DNA from: Alphaproteobacteria bacterium
GTDB lineage: Bacteria > Pseudomonadota > Alphaproteobacteria > CAAGCB01 > CAG-977
Direction: 5' to 3'
DNA: 64,000 bases
Assembly: GCA_900768875.1 (NCBI GenBank)
Contig: CAAGEP010000006.1
Span: forward strand, 71,950 to 135,949
Part shown: positions 36,586-46,613 of the stretch, piece by piece
Position numbering within the stretch: the first letter of the stretch is position 1
Layout: each line of letters starts with the position of its first letter
Notes under the pieces: model-generated
Seen by the model: the letters and a program-made list of their open reading frames with translations, nothing else
The model's database searches: none
Told to the model about the DNA's origin: nothing
Made by a program: the position numbers and the translations under genes

Positions 36586-37485
36586 TTAAACGGCGGCTTT
36601 CGCGCTGTCTTGAACAAAGCGGGTCATTTTTTCAATGGCGCGCGTTTCGATTTGACGAACGCGTTCCCGACTGATGCCCAGCTGTTCGCCCAACGAATCC
36701 AAAGTCGTCGGATCATCCTGCAAACGGCGGGCGCGGACGATAATACGTTCGCGGTCGTTCAGCTTGTCCATGGCTTGAGCCAGCAAACGCATGCGGATGT
36801 CGCTTTCCTGTTTGTCGGCAACGGCATCCTCGACGCTGGCGTCATCGGTTAAAAAATCCTGTTTTTCGGCATAACCGTCCGTGTAAACGGGCGTGTTCAG
36901 CGAAACATCGCCGCCCAAACGGTTGTCCATGGCGACCACTTCGTCTTCGGATACGTCCAGATCTTTGGAAATTTCCTTGACGCTGTCGGAATCCAAAGCC
37001 GAATCACCGTACAAGCCCAAGCGCGCTTTGATTTTGCGCAAATTGTAAAACAGTTTCTTTTGCGCCGCGACCGTGCCGATACGCACCAAAGACCACGATC
37101 TTAAAATGAATTCGTTGATTGCCGCTTTTATCCACCAAACGGCGTAAGTCGACAGGCGGTTTCCTTTTTCGGGTTCAAACTTTTTGACAGCCTGCATCAA
37201 ACCGATGTTGGCTTCGGAAATCAAATCTTCCAAAGGCAAACCGTAATAGCGGTAGCCGAACGCAACCTTTGCGGCCAGACGCAAATGCGCCGAAATCAGC
37301 CGCTTTGCCGCGTCCAAATCCCCGTGTTTGCGGAAACGGTTCGCCAGCATAAACTCTTCTTCCGCCGACAAGACGGGGATTTTGCGAATCGCCGCCAAAT
37401 AAGAGGTGATGCCGTTTTGAACCGCAGGCACCAACGAAGTGTTTGTCATTGTTGCATCCATTGTCAAAATCCTTTCATCAGGCAT
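36586..37485 (-). CDS. rpoH: RNA polymerase sigma-32 factor RpoH
   Basis: RpoH box QKKLFYNLR. Sigma70 regions 2 and 4. Confidence 0.85.
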   Translation of the reverse strand: MPDERILTMDATMTNTSLVPAVQNGITSYLAAIRKIPVLSAEEEFMLANRFRKHGDLDAAKRLISAHLRLAAKVAFGYRYYGLPLEDLISEANIGLMQAVKKFEPEKGNRLSTYAVWWIKAAINEFILRSWSLVRIGTVAAQKKLFYNLRKIKARLGLYGDSALDSDSVKEISKDLDVSEDEVVAMDNRLGGDVSLNTPVYTDGYAEKQDFLTDDASVEDAVADKQESDIRMRLLAQAMDKLNDRERIIVRARRLQDDPTTLDSLGEQLGISRERVRQIETRAIEKMTRFVQDSAKAAV

Positions 37486-37532
37486 GATGACCTGAATGTC
37501 CGAAAATCCGTAACAGATTCTCAGACATCACA

Positions 37533-37560
37533 ATTATATACAAACGCTCCTTGATTTCAA
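37533..37560 (-). promoter_or_regulatory. candidate sigma70-type promoter upstream of rpoH (TTGAAA-N16-TATAAT on minus strand)
   Basis: Near-consensus -35/-10 elements ~45 nt upstream of the rpoH start. Confidence 0.4.
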
Positions 37561-37594
37561 TATGTTTTTTTGTTGTTTTGTATCATTCTAAAAT

Positions 37595-40500
37595 CTAGGC
37601 CTGAGCGTTGAAAACGCGCGACAAGGTCATATACAGACGGCCTGCTTCAGAACCCAGCAAAACAGCGGTCAGCACGTCGGAACGTTCGTTTTCCTGCGCG
37701 CGGGACAGCACACCTTCAAAAATGCCCATATATTTTGAAACATAATTGCGGAATTCGGAATCTTCGGTGTATTTTTCGCCGATTTTGCGGATTTGATTTT
37801 TGTCAATCGCGCGGGACAGATAGCGGATAAATGCACTTTTATCGCCGGAATAGTAGCGTTTCCACAAATCGTCTTCAACATTCGGGGCGAACAGGCGCGT
37901 CATATCGACACCCAGCGATTGCAGCTGTTCAATAATCAGCGACGCGTCTTTCATAAAGCGGTCGGTGTCGGCGTCTTCTTTGCGTTTGTTCAGCGCGGCG
38001 ATGTATTCCTCCGCCGATCGGGATGCCGAAATCAGCGATTGCACCTGACGATTGAACGCGCCGCCCAGTTTAAGGGACTGTGCCGAAATCTGTTCGCCCG
38101 ATTCGTGGATTTCCTTGGCGTTTTCCTTTAGAACGCTCAACAAATCCTGCAGGCGTTTCAACGCTTCGTCTGCGGCGGTTGACAGCGTGTCCGACTGTTC
38201 GACGAACTGTTCGCCCGATTTGCGGACTTCGGCGGCGATGCGTTCGGAATTACCGGCGACTTCGCTGATCATGGCGCGCAAACGCTGGCCTGCGACATCG
38301 ATTTGAACGACGCCCTTGTTGGACATGTCCTCGAATTCTTTACCGATCTGATTGACGACATCGCCGATGCTGCGGACGCGTTCTTCGGCCGTTTCGGCGG
38401 TTTTGTTAAAGTCCTCGGCCCGTTCGCGCAGGACAACGCCGCAGTTTTTGACGGCTTTTTGGGCTTCTTCCGACAATCGAGAAACCTGATGCGCCTGTAC
38501 CAAAAACGTATCGCCGGATTTTTCCAATTCTTCAAGCGCGATTTGAGAAGCGGCGCGCAGCCGTTCTTTTTTTGCGTCAAGCAAATCGCCCGCATCCGTC
38601 AGATCGCCGATGACTTGTTGAACCAGTTGCGACAAAAGTTCGGTTTTGTCCTCCAGCATTTCAGATGTGGATTGGGACAGCGACACGGATTTTGCGGCGG
38701 CTTTGGATGCTTCTTCGTTGCGCTGACGCAGGTTTTCGCCCATGGCTTCCAGCTCGAAACCGATGCGCGACGACGCGGTCAGCAAATCGGTCGTGTTTTT
38801 CCGAACGGCTTCGTTCGTATCGCGCAAATGAATCATCACGTCTTCCGCCGCGCCTTTCAAAGCGTCGGTTTGGCGGCTCAAAGACGCTTCACCCAGTCGA
38901 GACTGCGTGGCAATCATGTTGGCAACATCGCCTAAATCAATAATGTGCCTCTGCATGGAATCGCGAACCATCAAGACCTGCTGAGCCGATTGAGCGGATT
39001 GTTTTTGCAAATCGTCCGTTTGAGCGGCGATTTCGGCTTTCAGTCCGTTCATGCGGTCGTTCAAGGCGTCCGCGGTTGCGGAAAAACCGGATTGCACGCG
39101 GGCCAGCGTGTCGATGCCTGTTGTTTGATTGTCCGAAAAATCCTTCATTAAAGCCGAAATTTCCGTTATTTTTTCACCGAACAGGGCGGCGGCTTCGGTC
39201 AAGCGGGCTTTCGCCTGCGCGCCGATGTCCGTCAAGCTGTCCGTCTGCGCCGATAAAGCCGCGCCGACAACTTCCAAATGGGACACCGTCGTTTCCGATG
39301 CGCGGGTCAGTTCTTTTGTTTGGACGCTCAGTCCTTCCTCAATCAAGCGGATGCGGGATACCAAGCGTTCCAAATCGCTGTCCGCCTGTTCGGACTGTTC
39401 CCGCAGCAAAGTCGCCGCTTTGCCCATTTGTTCCGCCAGTTTATCGGAAGCATCGGACATCGTTTTGCTCTGTTTGGAAAACAGGGAATCGATTCGATCC
39501 GTCTTTTCCGACAAATCGCCGGCAACGGTTGTCGCTCTGTCCAGCAGAATTCCCGCATCCCCGTCCAGTTTGCGGAACTGTTCGTCCAGTTGGGAAACGG
39601 CTTTTTCGGTGCGGCTTTTCAGCAAATCGGCGGACACGTCCATCTGCGTCATCCGTCGGGTGATTTCTGCGGAAACTTCTTCCGTATAGCCTGTCATGCG
39701 GCGAATCGAATCGTCCAGCATGTCCTTGTGGGCGTCCAGTGTTTCCGCCAGCTGCGTGTTTGCGGCGGCCGTTTGTTTCGACGCATTGTCGAACGATTGG
39801 ATTTTGTTGCCCAAAGCAATTTCCAGTTCAGTGAATTTGTCGGCGGCGGCGGACGATTTCGCCACTATGTCGCGCAGCCGGTCGGACAGGCTTTCGATTG
39901 TTGCGGCACTGCGGTTTTCAAGCAGTTCCGCGATGTGAGCCAAATCTTCCGACTGCTGTTTCAATTCGCCCTTGATTTCTTCCACTCTGGCCGATGCGGC
40001 GGAAATGTATTTCTGCTGTTGAGCCAACGACGTTTCGGACACCAGTGCCTGCGACACCAGTGCGCTGCTTAAATCGGACAGCTCGGCGGAATGTTTCAGC
40101 AGGCGGGCGCAAGAGGAATCGGCGCGTTCGTTTGTTTGATCGACCGCCGTTTTCAAAAGGCGCACGCTTGCTTCAAAGCAAGAGTTTATCGATTCCAACC
40201 TGTCGTTCGCCGTATCCAAAGCGGCGTTCAGCCGCGCCGTTTGCGTATCCAGCGATTCCATGGCGGCTTGAGATTGGGCGTTCGTGTTTTTCAAAGCAAC
40301 CGTCAGCAGTTGCGTTTTCATGTCGATTTGTTCGCCGACATCCGTCAGGCGGCTGCTCGCTTTTTCCGCCGCCGCTTCAATCGATTCGGCTTTGCCGTTC
40401 ATTTCGTCCGATACCGCGGAAATGCCGCCGACGGCCGTTTGCGCCGCCGTGTTGATTTCGGCGATGTAAGTGTCCAATGTGGTCTGCAAGGTCTTGAAGC

Positions 40501-41737
40501 GCGCGACGATTTTTTCGGCTTCGCTGTCCAGACTGTTGTTTTGTTCCTTGAACGTGGCGGACAACTGCGCCGCCGTGGCGTGCAAAGCGTCGTTTTTGGC
40601 CGAAATTTCGCTTTGCTGGGCGGACAGCAATTCCGTCAAGGTCTGTTCGCGCCGTTCCAAATTGTCCGCCATCTGTTCCGCATTGGCGCGTGCCGATTTC
40701 GTCAGTTCATCCAGAATTTGAGCTTTTTCATCCAGCAAAACCGTCAACGCCGCCACGGAATCCTGCGTGCGCGTTCCCGCCTGCTCAAGGGCGGTCAGCT
40801 GATTTCGGATTTCCGTGCTGATTTCCGTTGTCTGATTTGCCAGCTTTTCGCGAATGTTGTCGGCGGCGGCGGTTAAAGAGGCGGCGTTTTTGGCGATTTC
40901 AAGCGCGGTGATGCCCGTTTGTTCCGTTAAAATGTCGCGGGCGTTTTCGGATGCGGTTTTCAGCAATCCGCTTTGTTCCCGCACATCCAAAGTCAATCGG
41001 GTCAGATTGTCGGTCAAAATGTCGTTCGTTTGCAATAAAGCGTCGCGCTGCGCGGTCAGCCGTTCCCTTGCGGCGCAAACGGTTTCGTCGGTTTCGCGGG
41101 CGGCGTTTTGCAAAGCTTGCGTGTTTTCCTGCAGCAAGGACAGGCTTTTTTCCGTCTGTTCGCCGGCTAAAGTGCAAAGCTGTTCAAGTTCGCGCGTTTT
41201 TTCGGCGACTCCGTTCGTTCCCCGCGACAAGGCGGCTTCCATGGCTTCGGTGGCTTTGAAAATGCCGGAGGTTTGCTCTTCAAAAGATTTTCCGATCGAA
41301 TCGGTACAGTTTTTCAATCGGGCGTAAACGGTGTTCAAATCCGATGTTTGCGCTTTCAAGCTGTCCAGCACACCCGATACATACAGGCGGTTTTTGGCTT
41401 CGGGATGCGTAAATTCCGCCATATAGCGGCGCAAAATGTCGGCCTCGCGGACATAGCGCCGTTCGGACGCAAAGTATGCCGCCGCAATCCAAATGAAGGC
41501 AACGGGACTCAGCAATCCCGTCAAGCAGCTGAAGTATTCGGGGGGCGTCATTTCGTAGCGCGCGCTCCACCACCCCGAAACGCCCAAAAACGACCATGCC
41601 GAAACGCCCCACAAAACCGTTAGCGCGATTGCCGCAATCACGGCGATTTTGTCTTTTGCCGATTTCGGGGAAAGGGTTTCCTGCGACAGCAGCAGCGTTT
41701 CGTTTGTTTCGTTTTCCGAAGCCATGGTCTTTTCCAT
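37595..41737 (-). CDS. 1380-aa membrane-anchored coiled-coil protein (2 N-terminal TM helices, ~1100-aa Q/A/L/E/T/S-rich coiled coil, ~170-aa C-terminal globular domain); TipN-like architecture, function unknown
   Basis: TM segments IAVIAAIALTVLWGVSAWSFLGV and LTGLLSPVAFIWIAAAYFA. Long heptad-like low-complexity region. No recognised enzymatic motif. Confidence 0.5.
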   Translation of the reverse strand: MEKTMASENETNETLLLSQETLSPKSAKDKIAVIAAIALTVLWGVSAWSFLGVSGWWSARYEMTPPEYFSCLTGLLSPVAFIWIAAAYFASERRYVREADILRRYMAEFTHPEAKNRLYVSGVLDSLKAQTSDLNTVYARLKNCTDSIGKSFEEQTSGIFKATEAMEAALSRGTNGVAEKTRELEQLCTLAGEQTEKSLSLLQENTQALQNAARETDETVCAARERLTAQRDALLQTNDILTDNLTRLTLDVREQSGLLKTASENARDILTEQTGITALEIAKNAASLTAAADNIREKLANQTTEISTEIRNQLTALEQAGTRTQDSVAALTVLLDEKAQILDELTKSARANAEQMADNLERREQTLTELLSAQQSEISAKNDALHATAAQLSATFKEQNNSLDSEAEKIVARFKTLQTTLDTYIAEINTAAQTAVGGISAVSDEMNGKAESIEAAAEKASSRLTDVGEQIDMKTQLLTVALKNTNAQSQAAMESLDTQTARLNAALDTANDRLESINSCFEASVRLLKTAVDQTNERADSSCARLLKHSAELSDLSSALVSQALVSETSLAQQQKYISAASARVEEIKGELKQQSEDLAHIAELLENRSAATIESLSDRLRDIVAKSSAAADKFTELEIALGNKIQSFDNASKQTAAANTQLAETLDAHKDMLDDSIRRMTGYTEEVSAEITRRMTQMDVSADLLKSRTEKAVSQLDEQFRKLDGDAGILLDRATTVAGDLSEKTDRIDSLFSKQSKTMSDASDKLAEQMGKAATLLREQSEQADSDLERLVSRIRLIEEGLSVQTKELTRASETTVSHLEVVGAALSAQTDSLTDIGAQAKARLTEAAALFGEKITEISALMKDFSDNQTTGIDTLARVQSGFSATADALNDRMNGLKAEIAAQTDDLQKQSAQSAQQVLMVRDSMQRHIIDLGDVANMIATQSRLGEASLSRQTDALKGAAEDVMIHLRDTNEAVRKNTTDLLTASSRIGFELEAMGENLRQRNEEASKAAAKSVSLSQSTSEMLEDKTELLSQLVQQVIGDLTDAGDLLDAKKERLRAASQIALEELEKSGDTFLVQAHQVSRLSEEAQKAVKNCGVVLRERAEDFNKTAETAEERVRSIGDVVNQIGKEFEDMSNKGVVQIDVAGQRLRAMISEVAGNSERIAAEVRKSGEQFVEQSDTLSTAADEALKRLQDLLSVLKENAKEIHESGEQISAQSLKLGGAFNRQVQSLISASRSAEEYIAALNKRKEDADTDRFMKDASLIIEQLQSLGVDMTRLFAPNVEDDLWKRYYSGDKSAFIRYLSRAIDKNQIRKIGEKYTEDSEFRNYVSKYMGIFEGVLSRAQENERSDVLTAVLLGSEAGRLYMTLSRVFNAQA

Positions 41738-41871
41738 TCGTCAAGGGTGTTTTTTTATTCTTCAAAATCCCTCAAATTTGCCTTTTCGTCAAGGATTGTG
41801 TTGACGTTTAAGGGCGATATGATTAAAAAAGTATCCCAAGGATAACTCTATCGGTCGGAGATTTTTACGAT

Positions 41872-44800
41872 ATGACGGAAAAAACAAAGCATTATCCCGA
41901 CGTTTCGGCAAAAGCGGACTTTCCGCAGCTGGAACGCGATATTCTGGAGTATTGGCGCAAGGACGACACGTTCGCGAAATCCATCGCCAACCGCGACGCG
42001 GGCGCGAAAGGGTCGAACGAATACGTTTTCTACGACGGTCCTCCGTTCGCGAACGGCTTGCCCCACTACGGGCATTTGCTGACGGGCTACGTCAAGGACA
42101 TCGTTCCCCGCTATCAGACAATGCGCGGACACCGCGTCGAACGCCGTTTCGGCTGGGACTGCCACGGCTTGCCCGCGGAAATGGATACGGAAAAGTTCTT
42201 GGGCATTTCGGGACGCGCCGCGATTTCCAAATTCGGCATCGGCAAGTTCAACGAAACCTGCCGCGAACGCGTGCTGATGTACACCAACGAATGGAAGCAG
42301 ACCGTTACCCGTCAGGCGCGCTGGGTGTCGTTTGACAACGACTACAAAACGATGGATTTGAACTATATGGAATCCATCATTTGGGCGTTCAAGGAACTGT
42401 ATAAAAAAGGATTGATGTACGAAGGCGTCCGCATCCAGCCGTACAGCTGGGCGGCGGAAACCCCCGTGTCGAACTTTGAAACGCGTATGGATAACTGCTA
42501 TCGCGAACGCGAAGACCCGTCCGTGACCGTGATGTTCACGTTAAACCCCGTCGAGGGCGAAACAATGCCCGTCAAAGCGCTGGCGTGGACGACGACTCCG
42601 TGGACTTTGCCGTCAAACTTGGCGCTGTGCGTGAACAAGGAATTCGATTACGACTTTTACGAAGAAGACGGCGTTCAATATGTTCTGGCTTCCGCTTTGG
42701 TCGGACGCTACAAACGCGAACTCGCCAAAGCCGTCAAAGTCAAAACGGTCAAGGGCGCGGAGCTGGTCGGACGCACGTATCAGCCGTTGTTCCCGTACTT
42801 TGAAGGGACGAAAAACGCTTTCCGAATCATTCAGGCTGACTATGTTTCGACCGAAGACGGCACGGGAATCGTTCACATCGCCCCCGGATTCGGCGAAGAC
42901 GACATGATTGCTTGTCAGCCTTACGATATTCCCGTGGTCTGCCCCGTGGACGGCAAGGGCTGCTTTACCAAAGAAGTCCCCGATTACGAAGGCATGCAGG
43001 TTTTTGAAACCAACGAACCGATTATCAAACGCCTGAAAGCCGAAGGCAAGCTGGTGCGCAAGGAAATGTACAAGCACAACTATCCGCACTGCTGGCGCAC
43101 GGACACCCCGCTGATTTACAAGGCGATTAACAGCTGGTTCGTCAAAGTCACGGCTTTCCGCGATAAAATGGTCGCGAACAACCAAACCATCAACTGGATT
43201 CCCGAACACATCAAAAACGGGGCGATGGGCATGTGGCTGGAAGGCGCGCGCGACTGGTCGATTTCCCGCAACCGTTTCTGGGGCGCGCCCATTCCCGTGT
43301 GGAAATCCGACGATCCGAAGTATCCGCGCGTCGACGTGTACGGTTCGATTGCCGAACTGGAAAAAGACTTCGGCGTCAAAGTCACCGACCTGCACCGTCC
43401 GTTCATCGACACGCTGGTGCGTCCGAACCCCGACGATCCGACGGGCAAATCCATGATGCGCCGCGTCGAGGACGTTTTGGACTGCTGGTTCGAATCGGGA
43501 TCGATGCCGTTCGCGCAGGTGCATTACCCGTTTGAAAACAAGGACTGGTTCGAAAACCATTCGCCCGCGGATTTCATCGTCGAATACTTGGCGCAGACCC
43601 GCGGCTGGTTCTATACCCTGATGGTGATGAGCACCGCTTTGTTCGACCGCGCGCCGTTCAAGACATGCTTGTGCCACGGTGTCGTGCTGGACGAAAACCA
43701 GCAAAAGCTGTCGAAGCGTTTGCGCAACTATCCCGATCCGACGGACGTGTTCAACACGCTGGGGTCGGACGCGCTGCGGTGGTTTTTGGTGTCTTCGCCG
43801 ATTTTGCGCGGGGGCAACCTGTCCATCGACCGCGAAGGCAAGGAAATCGCGAAATCGTCGCGCAAAGCCTTGATTCCGCTGTGGAACGCGTTTTACTTCT
43901 TCACGCTGTACGCGAACGCCGAAGGGCTGAAAGCCAAAGAACTGTATGCGCCGAAAGACATTCTTGACCGCTATATTCTGGCAAAAACCCGCGATTTGGT
44001 CAAAACGCTGACCGAAGAACTGGACGCGTGCGACATTGTCAGCGCTTGCGCCGCGGTGGCGGATTTCCTTGAAATCATGAACAACTGGTACATTCGCCGT
44101 TCCCGCGCGCGGTTCTGGGACGTTTCGCAGGGGACGGAAGCGTTCGATACCCTGTACACGGTTCTGGTCACGCTGTCCAAAGCGTTGGCGCCTTTGCTGC
44201 CGTTGACGTGCGAATACATCTACCGCGCTTTGACGGGCGGGGAAAGCGTCCATTTGACGGATTATCCCGATTACAACGCTTTCGCGGCTGACGACAAGCT
44301 GGTGGCTGACATGGACTTTGTGCGCGCCGTGTGTTCGACCGCCAAAGCGATTCGCGAAGATCACAAGCTCCGCAACCGCCTGCCGTTGGCGTCGATGACG
44401 GTCGCGGGCGCGAAAACGGGGGCTTTGAACGCTTACGCCGAATTGATTGAGGACGAAGTCAACGTCAAAAATCTGATTTTGGCGCAAAATGTCGAAGAAC
44501 TGGCGGATCAAACGCTGTACATCATCACGCCGCTGGTCGGCAAGCGTTTAGGGCGGTTTATGAAAGACATTCTTGCCGCGTCCAAAACAACCGAATGGCG
44601 CAAAAACGACGACGGCACGCTGTCAATCGCGGGACAGACTTTGAATCCCGACGAATTCGAATTGCGCTTGGTTTTGAAAGACGGCAAAGCGGGACAGGCT
44701 TTGCCCGACAACACGGCGGTCGTCGTTCTGGATACGGAAATCCGTCCCGAACTGGAACGCGAAGGCATCGCCCGCGACTTTGTCCGCGCGATTCAGCAGA

Positions 44801-45009
44801 AACGCAAAGACAGCGGATTCGACGTGTCCGACAGAATCGAAGTCAGGTACGATTCCGATTCTTCCATTATTCCGGAAGCGTTGAAAGAACACGCGGATTA
44901 CATTTCCGAACAGGTTTTGGCTGTCAAATTTGCCGAACAAAAAGGATTGACGGGCGATACGGAGGAAGTCGGCGACGGCAGAATCACGTTTGCCATCAAG
45001 AAAGCGTGA
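41872..45009 (+). CDS. ileS: isoleucine--tRNA ligase, type 2 (eukaryote/archaea-like; HYGH and KLSKR motifs)
   Basis: PFANGLPHYGHLLTGYVKD (type-2 HYGH signature). KMSKS-equivalent QQKLSKRL. 1045 aa without C-terminal zinc-finger repeats. Confidence 0.85.
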   Translation: MTEKTKHYPDVSAKADFPQLERDILEYWRKDDTFAKSIANRDAGAKGSNEYVFYDGPPFANGLPHYGHLLTGYVKDIVPRYQTMRGHRVERRFGWDCHGLPAEMDTEKFLGISGRAAISKFGIGKFNETCRERVLMYTNEWKQTVTRQARWVSFDNDYKTMDLNYMESIIWAFKELYKKGLMYEGVRIQPYSWAAETPVSNFETRMDNCYREREDPSVTVMFTLNPVEGETMPVKALAWTTTPWTLPSNLALCVNKEFDYDFYEEDGVQYVLASALVGRYKRELAKAVKVKTVKGAELVGRTYQPLFPYFEGTKNAFRIIQADYVSTEDGTGIVHIAPGFGEDDMIACQPYDIPVVCPVDGKGCFTKEVPDYEGMQVFETNEPIIKRLKAEGKLVRKEMYKHNYPHCWRTDTPLIYKAINSWFVKVTAFRDKMVANNQTINWIPEHIKNGAMGMWLEGARDWSISRNRFWGAPIPVWKSDDPKYPRVDVYGSIAELEKDFGVKVTDLHRPFIDTLVRPNPDDPTGKSMMRRVEDVLDCWFESGSMPFAQVHYPFENKDWFENHSPADFIVEYLAQTRGWFYTLMVMSTALFDRAPFKTCLCHGVVLDENQQKLSKRLRNYPDPTDVFNTLGSDALRWFLVSSPILRGGNLSIDREGKEIAKSSRKALIPLWNAFYFFTLYANAEGLKAKELYAPKDILDRYILAKTRDLVKTLTEELDACDIVSACAAVADFLEIMNNWYIRRSRARFWDVSQGTEAFDTLYTVLVTLSKALAPLLPLTCEYIYRALTGGESVHLTDYPDYNAFAADDKLVADMDFVRAVCSTAKAIREDHKLRNRLPLASMTVAGAKTGALNAYAELIEDEVNVKNLILAQNVEELADQTLYIITPLVGKRLGRFMKDILAASKTTEWRKNDDGTLSIAGQTLNPDEFELRLVLKDGKAGQALPDNTAVVVLDTEIRPELEREGIARDFVRAIQQKRKDSGFDVSDRIEVRYDSDSSIIPEALKEHADYISEQVLAVKFAEQKGLTGDTEEVGDGRITFAIKKA

Positions 45010-45021
45010 ATTCCGCATAAA

Positions 45022-45058
45022 AAAAAGCCCGCTTGACGCAAGCGGGCTTTTTCTGTTT
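45022..45058 (+). terminator. rho-independent terminator after ileS
   Basis: AAAGCCCGCTTGACGCAAGCGGGCTTTTTCTGTTT. Confidence 0.6.
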
Positions 45059-45114
45059 CATCCTCTTGAAACGCCGACGGGGAATGTTATTTATATTTCA
45101 GCAGGAGTGTTGTC

Positions 45115-45867
45115 ATGATTATCAAACAGCCCTTTTATTTTGCCCCCGCGAACGAAGACCGCACGCTTCACATTTATTTGCCCGACGATTACGATAAAAC
45201 GGACGAACGCTATCCCGTGATGTACATGTTCGACGGACACAATTTGTTTTACGATTCCGATGCGACTTACGGAAAAAGCTGGGGGATGAAGGATTTTCTG
45301 GATTCTTGGGGCAAGAAAATCATCATCGTCGGTTTGGAATGTTCGCACGTCGGCAACAACCGCTTAATCGAATTTTGTCCGTATCATTGGGATTCGTTCG
45401 TCGGTCCGATTGACGGCACGGGCGACGAAACCATGCGCTGGATGGTTGACGAACTGAAGCCTTACATTGATGCGAATTTCAGGACTTGGGCGCACAGGGA
45501 AGCGACGGGCATCGGCGGCAGCAGTATGGGCGGGCTGATGTCTTTGTACGCGGTTATCCGCTATAACGGCACTTATTCCAAAGCGGCGTGTCTGTCATCC
45601 GCCATCAGCTTTTGCGGCAAGGAATTGCGGCAGGCAATCAACGACTGTCCGATAAATCCCGATACCAAAGTTTATTTGAGCTGGGGAACGATGGAAAGCC
45701 GTAGCGCGCGCGGCAAAGCGATTATGGCGGCGTGCAACAAATCAATGAACGACCGTTTGTACGCCAAAGGCGCGCAGCTTTACATGTATCGGCAGGTGCG
45801 CGGCAGACATTGCGAAGCCGATTGGGAAAAACAAGTCCCTTTGTTTATGAATTTTCTGTGGTGTTGA
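45115..45867 (+). CDS. putative esterase (alpha/beta hydrolase, esterase D/enterochelin-esterase-like)
   Basis: Putative-esterase family layout with GGSSMGG nucleophile elbow. Confidence 0.55.
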   Translation: MIIKQPFYFAPANEDRTLHIYLPDDYDKTDERYPVMYMFDGHNLFYDSDATYGKSWGMKDFLDSWGKKIIIVGLECSHVGNNRLIEFCPYHWDSFVGPIDGTGDETMRWMVDELKPYIDANFRTWAHREATGIGGSSMGGLMSLYAVIRYNGTYSKAACLSSAISFCGKELRQAINDCPINPDTKVYLSWGTMESRSARGKAIMAACNKSMNDRLYAKGAQLYMYRQVRGRHCEADWEKQVPLFMNFLWC

Positions 45868-46588
45868 GCCGTTCAAACGCGTTCAGGGCGGTTAGAATCT
45901 CGTTTCTTTCGCCTTGTTGAGTCAGCGATTCCCCGTCAACGTAACCGCCGATGGAATCCGCCGTGTTGCCGCCGTATTCGACGACGTTGTTTAAAATCGA
46001 CGCCGTTTTGACGCCGCGCAGACGTCCGACGGTGAACAAAGCCGCCGTTTCCATGTCCGCGCCCAGTACGCCTTTTTTCGACCAGAACGCCTGTTGTTCC
46101 GCGTTGTCGTCGATGTAAAAGCTTTCGTGGCTGTGGACGATGCCGATATGGTGCGCAAAGCCGTTTTCCGCGGCGGTTTTAACGCACGCGTTCAGCAAAG
46201 TTGTGTCGGGAACGGCGGGAAAGCGCAAATCGACATAGGCTTGGGATGCGCCGTCGTCGCGCACCGCGCCGCACGCGATAATCAAATCGCCGATACGGAT
46301 GCCCGTCTGCATGGCGCCGCACGAACCGATGCGAATCATCGCTTCAACGCCGATTTTGTGCAGTTCTTCGACGGCAATGGATGCCGAGCTTCCCCCGATT
46401 CCCGTCGAAACCGCCAGAATGTCCGTGCCGTGATAGCGACCGCGCAAACTGCGGTATTCGCGGTTGAACGCCAGCTGTTCGACATCGGTCAAAAACGCCG
46501 CGATTTTATCCAAACGCGCGGGATCTCCCGGCAGCAAAGCGTATTTGATGTTTAAAGAATCGTCCAAACGGATATGAGGTTGAAGCAT
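45845..46588 (-). CDS. purine/uridine nucleoside phosphorylase (PNP/UDP-1 family)
   Basis: PNP_UDP_1 signature regions (ILAVSTGIGGSSASIAVEEL...GSCGA...GADMETAAL). Confidence 0.7.
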   Translation of the reverse strand: MLQPHIRLDDSLNIKYALLPGDPARLDKIAAFLTDVEQLAFNREYRSLRGRYHGTDILAVSTGIGGSSASIAVEELHKIGVEAMIRIGSCGAMQTGIRIGDLIIACGAVRDDGASQAYVDLRFPAVPDTTLLNACVKTAAENGFAHHIGIVHSHESFYIDDNAEQQAFWSKKGVLGADMETAALFTVGRLRGVKTASILNNVVEYGGNTADSIGGYVDGESLTQQGERNEILTALNAFERLNTTENS

Positions 46589-46613
46589 TTTTAAAATCCT
46601 TTCAAATCAAAAA

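Noticed and set aside
38303-41327. Multiple + strand ORFs (38303..38935, 39278..40072, 40091..40876, 40854..41327)
   Set aside because: All are antisense to the 1380-aa coiled-coil protein gene. Low-complexity translations.
41738-41871. Sigma70 promoter TTGACG...TATGAT in the ileS upstream region
   Set aside because: The spacer is only ~11 nt, not a credible -35/-10 pair.
42613-44511. 632-aa ORF on - strand
   Set aside because: Antisense to ileS, which has class I aaRS motifs on the + strand.
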